Below the pieces are notes generated by a model. The model was not told the origin of the DNA. It was given only the letters and a program-made list of their open reading frames with translations, and searched no databases. Shown here piece after piece: positions 9,154 to 20,273 of a stretch of 64,000 bases of DNA. Both the position numbers and the translations under genes were made by a program. The stretch is from the NCBI GenBank assembly GCA_045592745.1, contig JAZNVH010000025.1, positions 130,152 through 194,151 on the forward strand. The letters run 5' to 3'. Source of the DNA: Candidatus Aphodoplasma sp. (lineage in GTDB: Bacteria > Bacillota > Clostridia > UBA1381 > UMGS1253). Within the stretch, counting starts at the first letter, position 1. Every line of letters begins with the position of its first letter.

Positions 9154-10482
9154 TCAGTTGTTCTTTTCGCCGCTTTCACGAATTATAAAATGTATGGGTG
9201 TCCCTTCAAAACCAAAAGCACTTCTTAACTGATTTTCAAGATATCTTTGATATGAAAAATGGAACAGTTCCGCTTTATTTACAAAAATCACAAACGTAGG
9301 CGGTTTTGTGCTCGCCTGAGTTGCGTAGTATATGCGAAGGCGTTTTCCTTTATCCGACGGTGGCTGCACCTTTGCCGTAGCTTCTCCGATTACATCGTTT
9401 AGCATACCTGTACTGATACGCCTTGAATTTTGCTCTGCCACAGATTTAATCATCTCAAATACGCCGTCAACGCGGCTACCGGTTTTGGCAGAAATAAAAT
9501 GCACCGGTGCATACTGCATAAATGCAAGCGTATCCATTATATCCATTTTGTAATTTCTCATCGTGTTTGTTTCTTTTTCAACGATATCCCACTTATTTAC
9601 AACAACGATTGATGCTTTTCCGCTTTCGTGAACAAAACCTGCAATTTTAGAATCCTGCTCAGTTATACCCTCTGAGCCGTCAATCATTATAATACACACA
9701 TCACTGCGCTCAACAGCAGCATAAGCACGGATAACGCTGTAACGCTCAATTCTTTCGTCAACCTTTGACTTTCTGCGTATTCCTGCTGTATCAATAAACA
9801 TATAACGCTGTGATTCACGCTCGTAATAAGTATCAATAGCATCGCGCGTGGTGCCCGCGATATTTGTTACAATAACTCTTTGTTCACCAAGAATTCTGTT
9901 TATAAGCGAGGATTTACCCGCATTTGGTTTTCCCACAATCGCAACCTTTATTATATCGTCATCGTCGTCCATCTCCTCGGAAGAGGGGAAATACTTTGCC
10001 GCTTCGTCAAGCAAATCACCAACGCCAAGTCCGTGTGTGGATGAAATAGCAATCGGGTCACCAAGACCGAGGTTATAAAACTCATAAAAATCCATTGGCG
10101 GCTCACCCGTATTATCGATTTTGTTTACCGCAAGGATAATAGGTTTATTCGATTTTATCAGCATTGCCGCAACATCTTTGTCCGACGCTGTAAGACCATC
10201 GCGCACATTTACCATAAAAATTACAACGTGAGCCATATCAATAGCAAGCTCTGCCTGGGCACGCATCTGAGCAAGTATTTCATCATCAGCTTTTGGCTCG
10301 ATACCGCCCGTGTCAATGAGCGTAAATTCGCGTCCAAGCCATTCTGCATCTGCAAAAACACGGTCGCGGGTAACGCCAGGCGTATCATCGACAATACTTA
10401 TGCGCGTTCCGGCAATTTTATTAAAAAGTGTAGATTTTCCAACGTTTGGTCTTCCTACAATAGCAACTATCGGTTTTGCCAT
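9154..10482 (-). CDS. der: Ribosome-associated GTPase Der/EngA
   Basis: Two tandem G domains (GRPNVGKST and GKPNAGKSS) plus a KH-like C-terminus. Confidence 0.95.
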   Translation of the reverse strand: MAKPIVAIVGRPNVGKSTLFNKIAGTRISIVDDTPGVTRDRVFADAEWLGREFTLIDTGGIEPKADDEILAQMRAQAELAIDMAHVVIFMVNVRDGLTASDKDVAAMLIKSNKPIILAVNKIDNTGEPPMDFYEFYNLGLGDPIAISSTHGLGVGDLLDEAAKYFPSSEEMDDDDDIIKVAIVGKPNAGKSSLINRILGEQRVIVTNIAGTTRDAIDTYYERESQRYMFIDTAGIRRKSKVDERIERYSVIRAYAAVERSDVCIIMIDGSEGITEQDSKIAGFVHESGKASIVVVNKWDIVEKETNTMRNYKMDIMDTLAFMQYAPVHFISAKTGSRVDGVFEMIKSVAEQNSRRISTGMLNDVIGEATAKVQPPSDKGKRLRIYYATQASTKPPTFVIFVNKAELFHFSYQRYLENQLRSAFGFEGTPIHFIIRESGEKNN

Positions 10483-11810
10483 GAATGTTGTCCTCCTGTA
10501 TGTTGTGATATATTTAAAATCTTTTCTGCAAAATCACATCCGTCATTTAAAACTGGGGTGATTTTTATTTTAAGCTTTTCTTCAAGCTCTGAAAGGCTTA
10601 TATCGTCCAAAAATACGTCGTCGTCAGCGCGCAGCATTGATGCAGGAATAAAAAGCTCCTGTCCAAGATTGATGCCTGAAAGCTGAGCTTGTATATCGCA
10701 CGCGCACACAAGTCCGCTCACATTTACGCCTCCACCAAAGAAATTGTTTTTTATTTTAAATACCTGTATCTTAATTCCTTCGCAATGTTTTTCGAGTTTA
10801 TTTGCAAGTGATGATATAAAATCGTACGCAAGCTCGCCGGTTGCAATGCTTACGCATCTTTTATCAACACGGACAGGCATTTTCTCAAGAGCTGCCAAAA
10901 ACTCATTTTCCATACTCACGATAAGACCTACGCCGTTATCAATTTGCGGATATCCGTCGTATTCATCTTCACTTGGGAAGGGAATATCCGTCATAAGATA
11001 AAATTCATCTGATGCGTATACAAGATTGTTATCGTATTGTTTTTTGAACTCTTTTTGGTATTTTTGAATTTGCAAAACAAGCTGGTGTGCACTGTCCTTA
11101 TCAAAAGGCTTTAAAGGATAAAGTCCCTCGCGGTGTGCACTAAGTCCAACGGGAACAACACTTATACTGTTTACATACGGAGAAAGCCTTGCAAGGTCTG
11201 TAAGCGTTCTGTCAAGCTCATGCTTGTCATTTATATCAGGGCAAAGCACAATCTGGCAGTTCATATAGATACCATTTTGTGCCAGTTTTTGCATGATTTT
11301 ATATAATTTTCCTGCAAATCTGTTATTAAGCATTTTTTCGCGAAGGGAAGGATTGGTCGTGTGCACAGACACATTAACCGGTGAAATTCGCATGCGTATA
11401 ATACGCTCGATGTCCTTATCAGTTAAATTTGTAAGCGTAATATAATTTCCCTGCAAAAATGATAAACGCGCATCATCATCTTTGAAATAAACTGTTTTTC
11501 GCATACCTTTGGGAAGTTGGTCTATAAAGCAGAAAATACATTTGTTTTTACAGCTTTTCGGCTCGTCCATCAAAGAATTTTCAAACTCAATTCCCAAATC
11601 TTCATATCCTGTGTATACTTCTACTATTTCTCGCTCGCCGTCTTTTGTAAGAACTTCTATTTCAAGCTCTTCGTCGCACGATAAAAATTTATAATCTAAA
11701 ACATCAGTAATTTCGGTGTTGTTTATGCTTATTATGCTGTCACCGGCTTCAAGACCGATTTGTTCGGCGATGCTTCCGGGCTCTACAGCCTTTATTTTTG
11801 CATTTTTCAT
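10467..11810 (-). CDS. PDZ plus radical-SAM-like DUF512 domain protein
   Basis: N-terminal PDZ ('GSIAEQIGLEAGDSIISIN'), a 'CKNKCIFCF' cysteine motif and a DUF512-type C-terminus. It overlaps der by 16 nt. The ATG at 11810 is preferred (AAAGGG RBS). Confidence 0.8.
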   Translation of the reverse strand: MKNAKIKAVEPGSIAEQIGLEAGDSIISINNTEITDVLDYKFLSCDEELEIEVLTKDGEREIVEVYTGYEDLGIEFENSLMDEPKSCKNKCIFCFIDQLPKGMRKTVYFKDDDARLSFLQGNYITLTNLTDKDIERIIRMRISPVNVSVHTTNPSLREKMLNNRFAGKLYKIMQKLAQNGIYMNCQIVLCPDINDKHELDRTLTDLARLSPYVNSISVVPVGLSAHREGLYPLKPFDKDSAHQLVLQIQKYQKEFKKQYDNNLVYASDEFYLMTDIPFPSEDEYDGYPQIDNGVGLIVSMENEFLAALEKMPVRVDKRCVSIATGELAYDFISSLANKLEKHCEGIKIQVFKIKNNFFGGGVNVSGLVCACDIQAQLSGINLGQELFIPASMLRADDDVFLDDISLSELEEKLKIKITPVLNDGCDFAEKILNISQHTGGQHSWQNR

Positions 11811-11987
11811 AATATGCCCTTTCATAAGTGCTTAATATACATATATATCCAACTAATATTATCCACTAAAAACAGCAAATAGTCAAGTGTTTTTGAAAAT
11901 ATAGACCAAAAAACACAATATATAGTAAAATACTGTTGCGAAAGTTAATTAAATATGATATGATATTTTCGTTGAATTACAAAAAGG

Positions 11988-12680
11988 ATGTTAACGATTA
12001 TGAAAAAGAATACTAAAAAAATAACGCTTATGGTTATTCTTATAATAGCATTTTGTGTTTTAATGGCAATTATCGACGGAATACTTAAAGCGGATTACTT
12101 TACAAAGTCAATTGTAAAGCTTGTAATGTTTTCGATATTACCTCTTATATATTCTTTTTTTGACAAAGATTTGGATATTAAAAAAATATTTATTCCAAAT
12201 AAGAAGGGGATTAAACTTGCCGCTGTTTTATGTGTGGTAGTTTATATAGTCATTTTAAGTGGATATTTATTACTTAAAGATGTTTTTGATTTTTCGGCTA
12301 TTACAGCCTCTCTGACGAACAATATTGGCGTTACGGGGCAAAATTTCGTGTTCGTTTCTCTGTATATATCCTTTGTGAACTCTTTTTTAGAGGAGTTTTT
12401 CTTTAGAGGCTTTGCTTTTTTGACTCTAAAAAGAATAACTGGCAGAAAATTCGCCTATTTATTCAGTGCAGGTGTCTTTGCCCTTTATCATATAGCAATG
12501 ATGATTGGATGGTTTAACCTTGATGTATTTATAATTGTCATGGCAGCACTTTTTGCGGGAGGAATTATTTTTAATTATCTTAATGAAAAAAGCTCGACAA
12601 TTTATCCGTCATGGCTTGTGCATATGTTTGCAAATTTTGCAATAAACACAATAGGGTTTATGTTATTTGGAATAATATAA
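11988..12680 (+). CDS. CPBP family intramembrane glutamic endopeptidase (CAAX protease-like)
   Basis: 'EEFFFRG' motif 1 and 'FALYH' / 'HMFAN' His motifs in a polytopic protein. The start could be 12000 instead. Confidence 0.8.
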   Translation: MLTIMKKNTKKITLMVILIIAFCVLMAIIDGILKADYFTKSIVKLVMFSILPLIYSFFDKDLDIKKIFIPNKKGIKLAAVLCVVVYIVILSGYLLLKDVFDFSAITASLTNNIGVTGQNFVFVSLYISFVNSFLEEFFFRGFAFLTLKRITGRKFAYLFSAGVFALYHIAMMIGWFNLDVFIIVMAALFAGGIIFNYLNEKSSTIYPSWLVHMFANFAINTIGFMLFGII

Positions 12681-12716
12681 AATACATTTATAACAAATGA
12701 AAAAGGGGAAAAATTT

Positions 12717-13988
12717 ATGATTCCGGCAATTACACTTTTTGCAGTAACGTACATACTTATACTTGCTTTTGGCAAGTACAGAACTTACATCGCTCTTGCG
12801 TCAGGCGTAATATTTGTTTTGACGGGTATGCTTCCGGTTACAAAGATACTTTCGGCGATAGACTTCAATGTTCTTTTAATGATTATTGGAACAATGGGAC
12901 TTGTTTCCCTGTTCACTGAGAGTAAGATGCCGGCAATGCTTGCTGATATGGTTATGGAAAAAGTTCCTAACGTCAAGTGGGCGGCTGTTTCTCTGGCAAT
13001 GTTTGCAGGTATAATATCGGCTTTCGTTGATAACGTTGCAACTGTGCTTATGGTTGCTCCGATTGGGCTTGCAATATGCAAAAAACTTGACACAAATCCT
13101 GTACCATTTATAATCGCTATTGCAGTGTCGTCCAATCTGCAGGGCGCAGCAACTCTTGTTGGTGATACAACTGCAATTATGCTCGGCTCGGCTCTCGACA
13201 TGAGCTTTCTTGATTTCTTCTGGTATAAAGGAAGACCAAGTATATTCTTTGCGGTAGAACTTGGTGCGGTTCTTTCTGCGCTTATCCTTCTTTTTATATT
13301 CAGAAAGGAAAACAAACCTATTCCAAAAACAAACGAGCGTGCAAAAGTAACAGATTTTGTTCCGACTGTTCTTCTTGTAATGGTTCTTGTGCTTCTTATT
13401 GGAGCATCATTTATTCCGTCTAAGCCCGATATAACCAACGGTTTGATATGTTGCGTATTATTGTTAATTGGACTTGTTTATACAGTAGCAAAAAACAAAA
13501 CATTTTCAGCGATTGTTGCTCCGCTTAAAGAAATAGACTTTCAGACAATAGGAATACTCATAGGAATATTTCTTATGATAGGCGGCGTATCAGAAATGGG
13601 CGTTATTGACGCATTGGCAAACCTGCTTGCAAAAGCAGGTGGGGGAAATATATTTGTTTTATATACAGTAATTGTACTTGCATCGGTTGTTATTTCTGCA
13701 TTTATTGATAATATACCATACGTTGCAACAATGATTCCCGTTATAGCAGGCATTGCATCAGCTCTTAATATTGATGCAACTCCGCTGTATTTTGGTCTTC
13801 TTTCGGGCGCAACATTAGGCGGAAACTGTACACCGGTCGGAGCTTCTGCAAATATTACAGGAATTGGTATTTTGAAAAAAGCAGGGTATAGCGTGAAAAA
13901 CGGCGATTTCTTTAAAATCGGAATACCATTTACAATAGCGGCAGTTGTGCCTGCATATATTTATATCTGGCTTGTGTATGGAATTTGA
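12717..13988 (+). CDS. ArsB/NhaD-superfamily (CitMHS-like) anion permease
   Basis: 423 aa with 10 or more TM segments. Internal duplication contains 'AFVDN..T' and 'AFIDNIP' motifs typical of this permease superfamily. Substrate unknown. Confidence 0.75.
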   Translation: MIPAITLFAVTYILILAFGKYRTYIALASGVIFVLTGMLPVTKILSAIDFNVLLMIIGTMGLVSLFTESKMPAMLADMVMEKVPNVKWAAVSLAMFAGIISAFVDNVATVLMVAPIGLAICKKLDTNPVPFIIAIAVSSNLQGAATLVGDTTAIMLGSALDMSFLDFFWYKGRPSIFFAVELGAVLSALILLFIFRKENKPIPKTNERAKVTDFVPTVLLVMVLVLLIGASFIPSKPDITNGLICCVLLLIGLVYTVAKNKTFSAIVAPLKEIDFQTIGILIGIFLMIGGVSEMGVIDALANLLAKAGGGNIFVLYTVIVLASVVISAFIDNIPYVATMIPVIAGIASALNIDATPLYFGLLSGATLGGNCTPVGASANITGIGILKKAGYSVKNGDFFKIGIPFTIAAVVPAYIYIWLVYGI

Positions 13989-14025
13989 TATAAGCTTGCA
14001 TAAAAAACAAAAAGGAGCTTAAAAA

Positions 14026-15192
14026 ATGCTTGATTTTACGTATTATACACCGACAAGAGTGCTTTTTGGAAAAGACAAACACAAAGATGTAGGAAAAATA
14101 GTAAAAGAATATGGCTACAACACCATTATGATGCAATACGGACAAAACAGCATCAAAAAAAGCGGTCTTTATGATGATGTGATGAGTTCATTAAAAGAAA
14201 ATGGTATTAAAGTTATTGAAATGGGCGGAGTTGAGCCAAATCCAAAGGTTTCTTTTGTCAGAGAATCAGCAAAGGTTGCAAAAGAAAATAGCGTACAAAT
14301 GATTTTGGCAGTTGGTGGCGGAAGTGTTATTGACTCATCAAAGACAACTGCCGTGGCCGCGGCAAATGATGAGGATATATGGGATTTTATAACACGAAAA
14401 GCTGTGCCTTATAAAGCTTTGCCGACAGGATGCATTCTTACACATTCAGCGGCAGGCAGCGAAATGAGTTCGTCTGCAGTTTTAACCAATACGGAAATTA
14501 ATATGAAACGCGGCTATAATACTGATTTTAACAGATGCTTGTTTGCGATTTGCAATCCCGAGCTTACATATACTGTCAGCAAATATCAGACAGCGTGTGG
14601 AATTGTAGATATTATGGCGCATACTATGGAAAGATATTTTTCACCGTGCGAGCCTACCGATTTGACCGACAGAATCGCCGAAAGTCTTTTGGTTTCTGTT
14701 ATTAATGCAGGCAAAGTATTGATGGAAAATCCTAAAGATTATAACGCGAGAGCAACTGTTATGTGGGCGTCAAGCCTTTCGCACAACGATTTAACAGGTT
14801 GTGGAAGAATAAATATGCTTCCTGTGCATCAGCTTGAGCACGCACTCAGCGGCGAATTTGACTTCGTTGCGCATGGTGCAGGACTTGCTGTTTTATTTCC
14901 TGCATGGGCAAGATATGTTTACGAAAAAAACATACAAAGATTTGCACAGTTTGCAAGACGTGTATGGGCAGTAGAGGAGATAGACAACAAAAAAGCGGCA
15001 CTTTGCGGAATTGAAGAAATGGAAAGTTTTTTCACGCTTCTTGGTATGCCACTTAAATTGAGAGAATTTGGTATTGATAACTGCGCAGAGAGACTTTCAA
15101 AGCTTTGCACTTTTGACAAGACAAGAACAATTCAAAGCTATACAGAGCTTGATTTTGATAATATAAGAGAAATATTTGACAGTTGTTATTAA
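14026..15192 (+). CDS. Iron-containing (group III) alcohol dehydrogenase, butanol-DH/YqhD-like
   Basis: 'GGGSVIDSSK' NAD(P)-binding motif and His-rich metal site ('HQLEHALS', 'AHGAGLA'). Confidence 0.88.
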   Translation: MLDFTYYTPTRVLFGKDKHKDVGKIVKEYGYNTIMMQYGQNSIKKSGLYDDVMSSLKENGIKVIEMGGVEPNPKVSFVRESAKVAKENSVQMILAVGGGSVIDSSKTTAVAAANDEDIWDFITRKAVPYKALPTGCILTHSAAGSEMSSSAVLTNTEINMKRGYNTDFNRCLFAICNPELTYTVSKYQTACGIVDIMAHTMERYFSPCEPTDLTDRIAESLLVSVINAGKVLMENPKDYNARATVMWASSLSHNDLTGCGRINMLPVHQLEHALSGEFDFVAHGAGLAVLFPAWARYVYEKNIQRFAQFARRVWAVEEIDNKKAALCGIEEMESFFTLLGMPLKLREFGIDNCAERLSKLCTFDKTRTIQSYTELDFDNIREIFDSCY

Positions 15193-15241
15193 AAATATTA
15201 TAATAAATGACAATAAACTACACAGAATGGAGAGAATTATT

Positions 15242-15910
15242 ATGTTAACACCGGCAAAAAGAGAATTTATTGAGTTTATGATGAGTGCAGATGTACTCAG
15301 ATTTGGAGATTTTGTTACCAAAAGCGGTCGTAATACGCCGTACTTTGTAAATACGGGCAATTATAAAACAGGAGCACAGTTTGCGCGTCTTTCAAAGTTT
15401 TATGCTGATTTGATACACAGTAAGATTGGTGATAACTTTGATGCACTTTTTGGACCGGCATACAAGGGAATAGTGCTTGCGGCAGGAGCGGCGGGTGCAC
15501 TTTATACAGAGCATGGAATTGATAAGCCGTATTTTTATAACCGCAAGGAAGTCAAAGACCATGGCGAAGGTGGAAGCATTGTTGGATATAAGCCGCAGGA
15601 TAATGATAAAATAATAATAGTTGAGGATGTTATCACAGCAGGAACAGCACTTCGTGAAACTCTTCCGATATTGAAGGCTGCAGCAAAGGTTTCGGTAAAC
15701 GATATGTTTATTTCTGTAAACAGATGCGAATATGGTCAAAATCCCGAAAAAGCAGTTACTGATGAGGTAAGAGATGAGTTTGGCATAAATGTACATGCAA
15801 TCATAGATGTAGTAGATATTCATGAGTATTTAAAAGAAAAAGAAGAATATGCAAGCGTAGCCTCGGCAATGGAAGGTTATATGCAAAAATATTGCGTAAT
15901 CAACAAATAA
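15242..15910 (+). CDS. pyrE: Orotate phosphoribosyltransferase (E. coli-type PyrE)
   Basis: 'FIEF...L.FG.F..KSGR.(S/T)PYF.N', 'FGPAYKGI' and 'VEDVITAGTA' PRPP motifs. ATG at 15242 with a GGAGAG RBS. Confidence 0.92.
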   Translation: MLTPAKREFIEFMMSADVLRFGDFVTKSGRNTPYFVNTGNYKTGAQFARLSKFYADLIHSKIGDNFDALFGPAYKGIVLAAGAAGALYTEHGIDKPYFYNRKEVKDHGEGGSIVGYKPQDNDKIIIVEDVITAGTALRETLPILKAAAKVSVNDMFISVNRCEYGQNPEKAVTDEVRDEFGINVHAIIDVVDIHEYLKEKEEYASVASAMEGYMQKYCVINK

Positions 15911-15930
15911 TTTTATACATAAAGAAATAA

Positions 15931-15952
15931 GGCGGACTATGTCCGCTTTTTT
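15931..15952 (+). terminator. Rho-independent terminator after pyrE
   Basis: gcggac-tat-gtccgc hairpin (15932-15946) followed by TTTTTT. Confidence 0.7.
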
Positions 15953-15963
15953 CAATATCTGTA

Positions 15964-15992
15964 TTGAATTATTAGTTTTTTAATGGTATAAT
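15964..15992 (+). promoter_or_regulatory. SigA-type promoter for nadE
   Basis: TTGAAT, 17-nt spacer, TATAAT, with TGg extended -10. Confidence 0.55.
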
Positions 15993-16052
15993 TTAGTGCA
16001 TAACAAAGTAAAGCTATATACAAACTATAAGATAAAAAAGGAATGAGCGGGT

Positions 16053-17957
16053 ATGAAAAACGGTTTTATAAAAACGGCAGCAGTTACTTGTGATATAAAA
16101 GTAGCTGATACTGTGTATAATGCTGAAAATATTATTGCAAAAATTAAGGAGGCAACGCGTGCGGGCGCAAAGCTTGTTGTTTTTCCCGAGCTTTGTATAA
16201 CAGGCTGCACCTGTGGTGATTTGTTTTTTCAGAAAACCCTTCTGGATTCATCTTTGACAGCTCTTAAAAGCATTTTAAAACGCACAAGAGGACTTGATAC
16301 ACTCTGCGTTATTGGTTTGCCCGTGATGCATAATATGAAGCTTTATGATTGCGCCGCTGCAATACATAGCGGTAATATTCTTGCGCTAATTCCTAAAACA
16401 AATATTTCAAGTTCCGAAAGCAGATACTTTTGCACGGCTTTCGACGATAATGAAGAAATTGAAATTCTAGGAACTAAGTGTCCTTTTGGTGCAAAAATGA
16501 TTTTCTCATGCACCAATTTACCACAGTTTAGTATTGGCGTTGAGATAGGCGATGATTTATATGCGCCCGTGCAGCCGTCACAATCTCATGTAATGGCAGG
16601 TGCCACGATTATACTAAATCCTTCTGCAAACGCTCAAATAATCGGTAAGCAAGAATACACTCGTTTGATTGTAAAATCTCAGTCAGCACGTCTTGTGTGC
16701 GGTTATGTATATGCCGACGCAGGAAACGGTGAATCCACAACCGATATGGTTTTTGCAGGACACAATCTTATATGCGAAAACGGCAACATATTAAGCGAAA
16801 ACAAGCTTTTTGAAAACGGAATAATTTATAGCGAAATAGACGTAGACAAGCTTGTATGCGAGCGTATTAAAACCAAAGATATGTATCCAAGCTACAACGA
16901 AGGATATGAATACGTTAATTTTGATATGAAACTTTCAAAAACGAAGCTTACAAGAGCAATTGAAAAAAGACCATTTGTTCCTATGGACGAGAGCGAGCTT
17001 TCTAAAAGATGCGAACAAATTCTCACAATACAAAGTATGGGCCTTAAAAAACGCCTTGAACATTCAGGCTCAAAAAAAGCTGTTGTCGGAATATCGGGCG
17101 GACTTGATTCGTGTCTTGCTCTTTTGGTTATGCACAAGACGATGAATCTTCTTAACAGAGATTCTTCTGACATAGTTGCAGTTACAATGCCTTGCTTTGG
17201 TACAACAAAGCGCACACGCTCAAATGCAGAGCTTTTATGCGAAGCACTTGGAGTAACTCTTGAAACAGTTGATATTACAAAATCGGTAAAACAGCATTTT
17301 GAAGATATAGGACAAAGTGAAGATAATTATGACGTTGTATACGAAAACTCGCAGGCGAGAGAACGTACACAGGTTTTGATGGACATTGCTAACAGATGTG
17401 GCGGTCTTGTAGTAGGTACGGGTGATTTGTCCGAACTTGCACTTGGCTGGGCAACTTATAACGGCGACCATATGTCTATGTACGGCGTCAACGCATCTGT
17501 GCCAAAAACACTTGTGCGTCACATAGTAAAATACTGTGCAGATACAGCAGAAAACGAAAAACTGCGAAAAGTTTTATGCGATATTCTTGATACACCTGTA
17601 AGTCCTGAGCTTCTTCCTGCTGATAAACACGGTCTTATAGCACAAAAAACAGAGGATTTGGTAGGGCCGTATGATTTGCACGATTTCTTTTTGTATTATA
17701 TGGTGCGTTTTGGCTTTGCACCATCAAAAATTTATGATATGTGTGCGTATGCTTATGACGGTGAATATACAAAAAAACAAATACTTTATTGGATGAAAGT
17801 ATTTTACAGACGCTTTTTCTCTCAGCAGTTTAAGCGTTCGTGTCTTCCTGATGGAGCGAAGACGGGAAGTGTTACTCTTTCGCCGAGAGGCGACTTTAAA
17901 ATGCCAAGCGATGCATCGTCAAAGCTTTGGCTTGATGAAATCGAAAAACTGGATTAA
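16053..17957 (+). CDS. nadE: Glutamine-dependent NAD+ synthetase
   Basis: N-terminal nitrilase-like glutaminase domain plus a C-terminal 'GISGGLDS' PP-loop NAD synthetase domain. Confidence 0.93.
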   Translation: MKNGFIKTAAVTCDIKVADTVYNAENIIAKIKEATRAGAKLVVFPELCITGCTCGDLFFQKTLLDSSLTALKSILKRTRGLDTLCVIGLPVMHNMKLYDCAAAIHSGNILALIPKTNISSSESRYFCTAFDDNEEIEILGTKCPFGAKMIFSCTNLPQFSIGVEIGDDLYAPVQPSQSHVMAGATIILNPSANAQIIGKQEYTRLIVKSQSARLVCGYVYADAGNGESTTDMVFAGHNLICENGNILSENKLFENGIIYSEIDVDKLVCERIKTKDMYPSYNEGYEYVNFDMKLSKTKLTRAIEKRPFVPMDESELSKRCEQILTIQSMGLKKRLEHSGSKKAVVGISGGLDSCLALLVMHKTMNLLNRDSSDIVAVTMPCFGTTKRTRSNAELLCEALGVTLETVDITKSVKQHFEDIGQSEDNYDVVYENSQARERTQVLMDIANRCGGLVVGTGDLSELALGWATYNGDHMSMYGVNASVPKTLVRHIVKYCADTAENEKLRKVLCDILDTPVSPELLPADKHGLIAQKTEDLVGPYDLHDFFLYYMVRFGFAPSKIYDMCAYAYDGEYTKKQILYWMKVFYRRFFSQQFKRSCLPDGAKTGSVTLSPRGDFKMPSDASSKLWLDEIEKLD

Positions 17958-17983
17958 AACGATTTTTGGAGGAAAAAGACATA

Positions 17984-20236
17984 ATGAGCGAATCAATTTG
18001 CGATAATTTGTTTTCGGGGCTTAACGATATGCAAAAAGAGGCAGTTATGCATACAGAAGGGCCGCTTCTTATTCTTGCAGGTGCAGGCAGCGGAAAAACA
18101 ACTGTGCTTGTAAACAGAATTGCATATCTGCTTACACAAAAAAATGTGCGCCCGTATAACATTTTGGCAATTACATTTACAAATAAAGCGGCAAATGAAA
18201 TGAAAACGCGTGTGGAGCGGCTTTTCGATGAAACTGCAGGCGATATATGGGTTTCGACTTTTCACTCTATGTGCGTAAAAATTTTGCGCCGTTACATAAC
18301 ACGACTTGGTTATGAGAATAGTTTTGTTATATATGACTCTGCAGATTCACAAACAGTTATAAAAGACTGTTTAAAGCAGCTTAATTTGTCGGACGACAAC
18401 TTTAAGCCACGCAGCGTACTTGCACAAATCAGTAATGCAAAGGATGACCTAATCGGCCCCGAAGAGTTCAGTGAGCAAAACGCAGGCGATTTTCGTCTAA
18501 GCAATATTGCAAAACTTTACAGCGCATATCAAAACATATTAAAAGCAAATAATGCGCTTGATTTTGATGATATTATAGTAAATACCGTAAAGCTTTTTGA
18601 AGAAAACCCTGATGTGCTTGAATATTATCAAAAAAAGTTTCACTATATTATGGTCGATGAGTATCAGGACACAAATAATGCTCAATACAGACTTGTATCA
18701 CTTTTATCGGCTGCAAGAAGAAATTTGTGTGTTGTTGGTGATGATGACCAGAGCATATATAAATTCAGGGGGGCAAATATCCGTAATATTCTCGATTTTG
18801 AAAAAGAATTCCCCGATGCAAGAATAATAAAACTCGAACAGAATTATCGTTCGACACAAAACATACTAAACGCCGCAAATGATGTAATTTCTCACAACCG
18901 AAAAAGAAAAGGCAAAAATTTGTGGACAAGCGGCGAAGAAGGCGATAAAATCTATTTTTACGATGCAGAAAACGAGCACGATGAGGCGCGCTTTATTGCA
19001 CGTGAAATCGACAGAAAGGTATCAGAGTGTGAAAGAAACTTTTCTGATTTTGTAATTCTTTATCGCACAAATGCACAGTCGCGTGTTCTTGAAGAAATGC
19101 TTTTAAAGCAGGGCATACCATACAGAGTGCTTGCAGGACTTCGCTTTTATGACCGAAAAGAAATAAAGGATATTATAGCGTATCTGCGTGTTATTCAGAA
19201 TCCTGCCGATTCTGTCAGCCTTAAAAGAATTATCAACGAGCCAAAGCGTGGCATTGGACAAACCACACTTAATCATGCTCAGGAGCTTGCAGACAGTATA
19301 AATTCAAGTATGTATGACGTAATAAAAGATGCAAATCTTTATTCGGAATTACAAAGAGCAGCTGTAAAGCTCAATGACTTTACAAATATGATTGATACAC
19401 TTAGACGCGCTTGCGGAGATATGCGTCTTACTGATTTTGTTGAACTTGTGCTTGAAAAGAGCTCATACAAGCAATCGTTAGTGCTTGAAAATTCAATCGA
19501 GGCACAGGGAAGACTTGAAAACCTCGATGAATTCATGTCTGTTGTAAAAGAGTATGAAAATACAGCAGAAGAACCATCACTTTCCGATTTTCTCGAAAGC
19601 GTATCACTTATTTCGGATATAGATAACTACGATGAGGATCAACCAAGTGTTGTGCTTATGACGATACATTCTGCCAAAGGACTCGAATTTCCTGTTGTTT
19701 TTATTGCAGGAATGGAGGAGGGACTTTTTCCGGGGTCGCGTTCAATTATTGACGAAGATGAGATAGAAGAGGAACGTCGTTTATGCTATGTTGCAATTAC
19801 GCGTGCTAAACAAATGCTCTATCTTACAAAAGCACAAACCCGTATGCTTTTTGGACAAACCTCGTATCCGTCGGTATCGAGATTTGTAAAAGAAATTCCA
19901 CCGGAGCTTATAATGGAATTTGGCACAAAAAAGAAAAAGCCCGCGCAGACATATAATCTTGATTCGTATTTATCAAAATCAAACGCACGAAGCGTTATTG
20001 AAAAATTTGAAAATGCAACAAAGGCAAGCTTGTTTAATGCGTTTGATGTGAGAAAATCGTCAGCGCCAACAGCGCTTGATTATGGCGTAGGAGACAGTGT
20101 CATTCACAAAAAGTTCGGACGTGGTAAGGTATTGGCGATAACACCGCTTGGAAACGATAATAAGGTGTCAATCGAATTTGAAAATGGCGAAATAAAAAAT
20201 CTGATGGCAATGTTTGCAAATTTAAAAAAAGCATAA
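17984..20236 (+). CDS. pcrA: ATP-dependent DNA helicase PcrA/UvrD
   Basis: SF1 motifs ('AGAGSGKT', 'VDEYQDTN', 'LEQNYRST', 'TIHSAKGLEFP'). ATG at 17984 follows a GGAGGA RBS. Confidence 0.93.
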   Translation: MSESICDNLFSGLNDMQKEAVMHTEGPLLILAGAGSGKTTVLVNRIAYLLTQKNVRPYNILAITFTNKAANEMKTRVERLFDETAGDIWVSTFHSMCVKILRRYITRLGYENSFVIYDSADSQTVIKDCLKQLNLSDDNFKPRSVLAQISNAKDDLIGPEEFSEQNAGDFRLSNIAKLYSAYQNILKANNALDFDDIIVNTVKLFEENPDVLEYYQKKFHYIMVDEYQDTNNAQYRLVSLLSAARRNLCVVGDDDQSIYKFRGANIRNILDFEKEFPDARIIKLEQNYRSTQNILNAANDVISHNRKRKGKNLWTSGEEGDKIYFYDAENEHDEARFIAREIDRKVSECERNFSDFVILYRTNAQSRVLEEMLLKQGIPYRVLAGLRFYDRKEIKDIIAYLRVIQNPADSVSLKRIINEPKRGIGQTTLNHAQELADSINSSMYDVIKDANLYSELQRAAVKLNDFTNMIDTLRRACGDMRLTDFVELVLEKSSYKQSLVLENSIEAQGRLENLDEFMSVVKEYENTAEEPSLSDFLESVSLISDIDNYDEDQPSVVLMTIHSAKGLEFPVVFIAGMEEGLFPGSRSIIDEDEIEEERRLCYVAITRAKQMLYLTKAQTRMLFGQTSYPSVSRFVKEIPPELIMEFGTKKKKPAQTYNLDSYLSKSNARSVIEKFENATKASLFNAFDVRKSSAPTALDYGVGDSVIHKKFGRGKVLAITPLGNDNKVSIEFENGEIKNLMAMFANLKKA

Positions 20237-20273
20237 TAATGACATAAAAATTATAAAGAAGGCGATATATTTT

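Noticed and set aside
12785-13438. 217-aa minus-strand ORF inside the ArsB/NhaD-type permease gene.
   Set aside because: It is a shadow ORF opposite a well-supported polytopic transporter, with no RBS or recognisable motifs.
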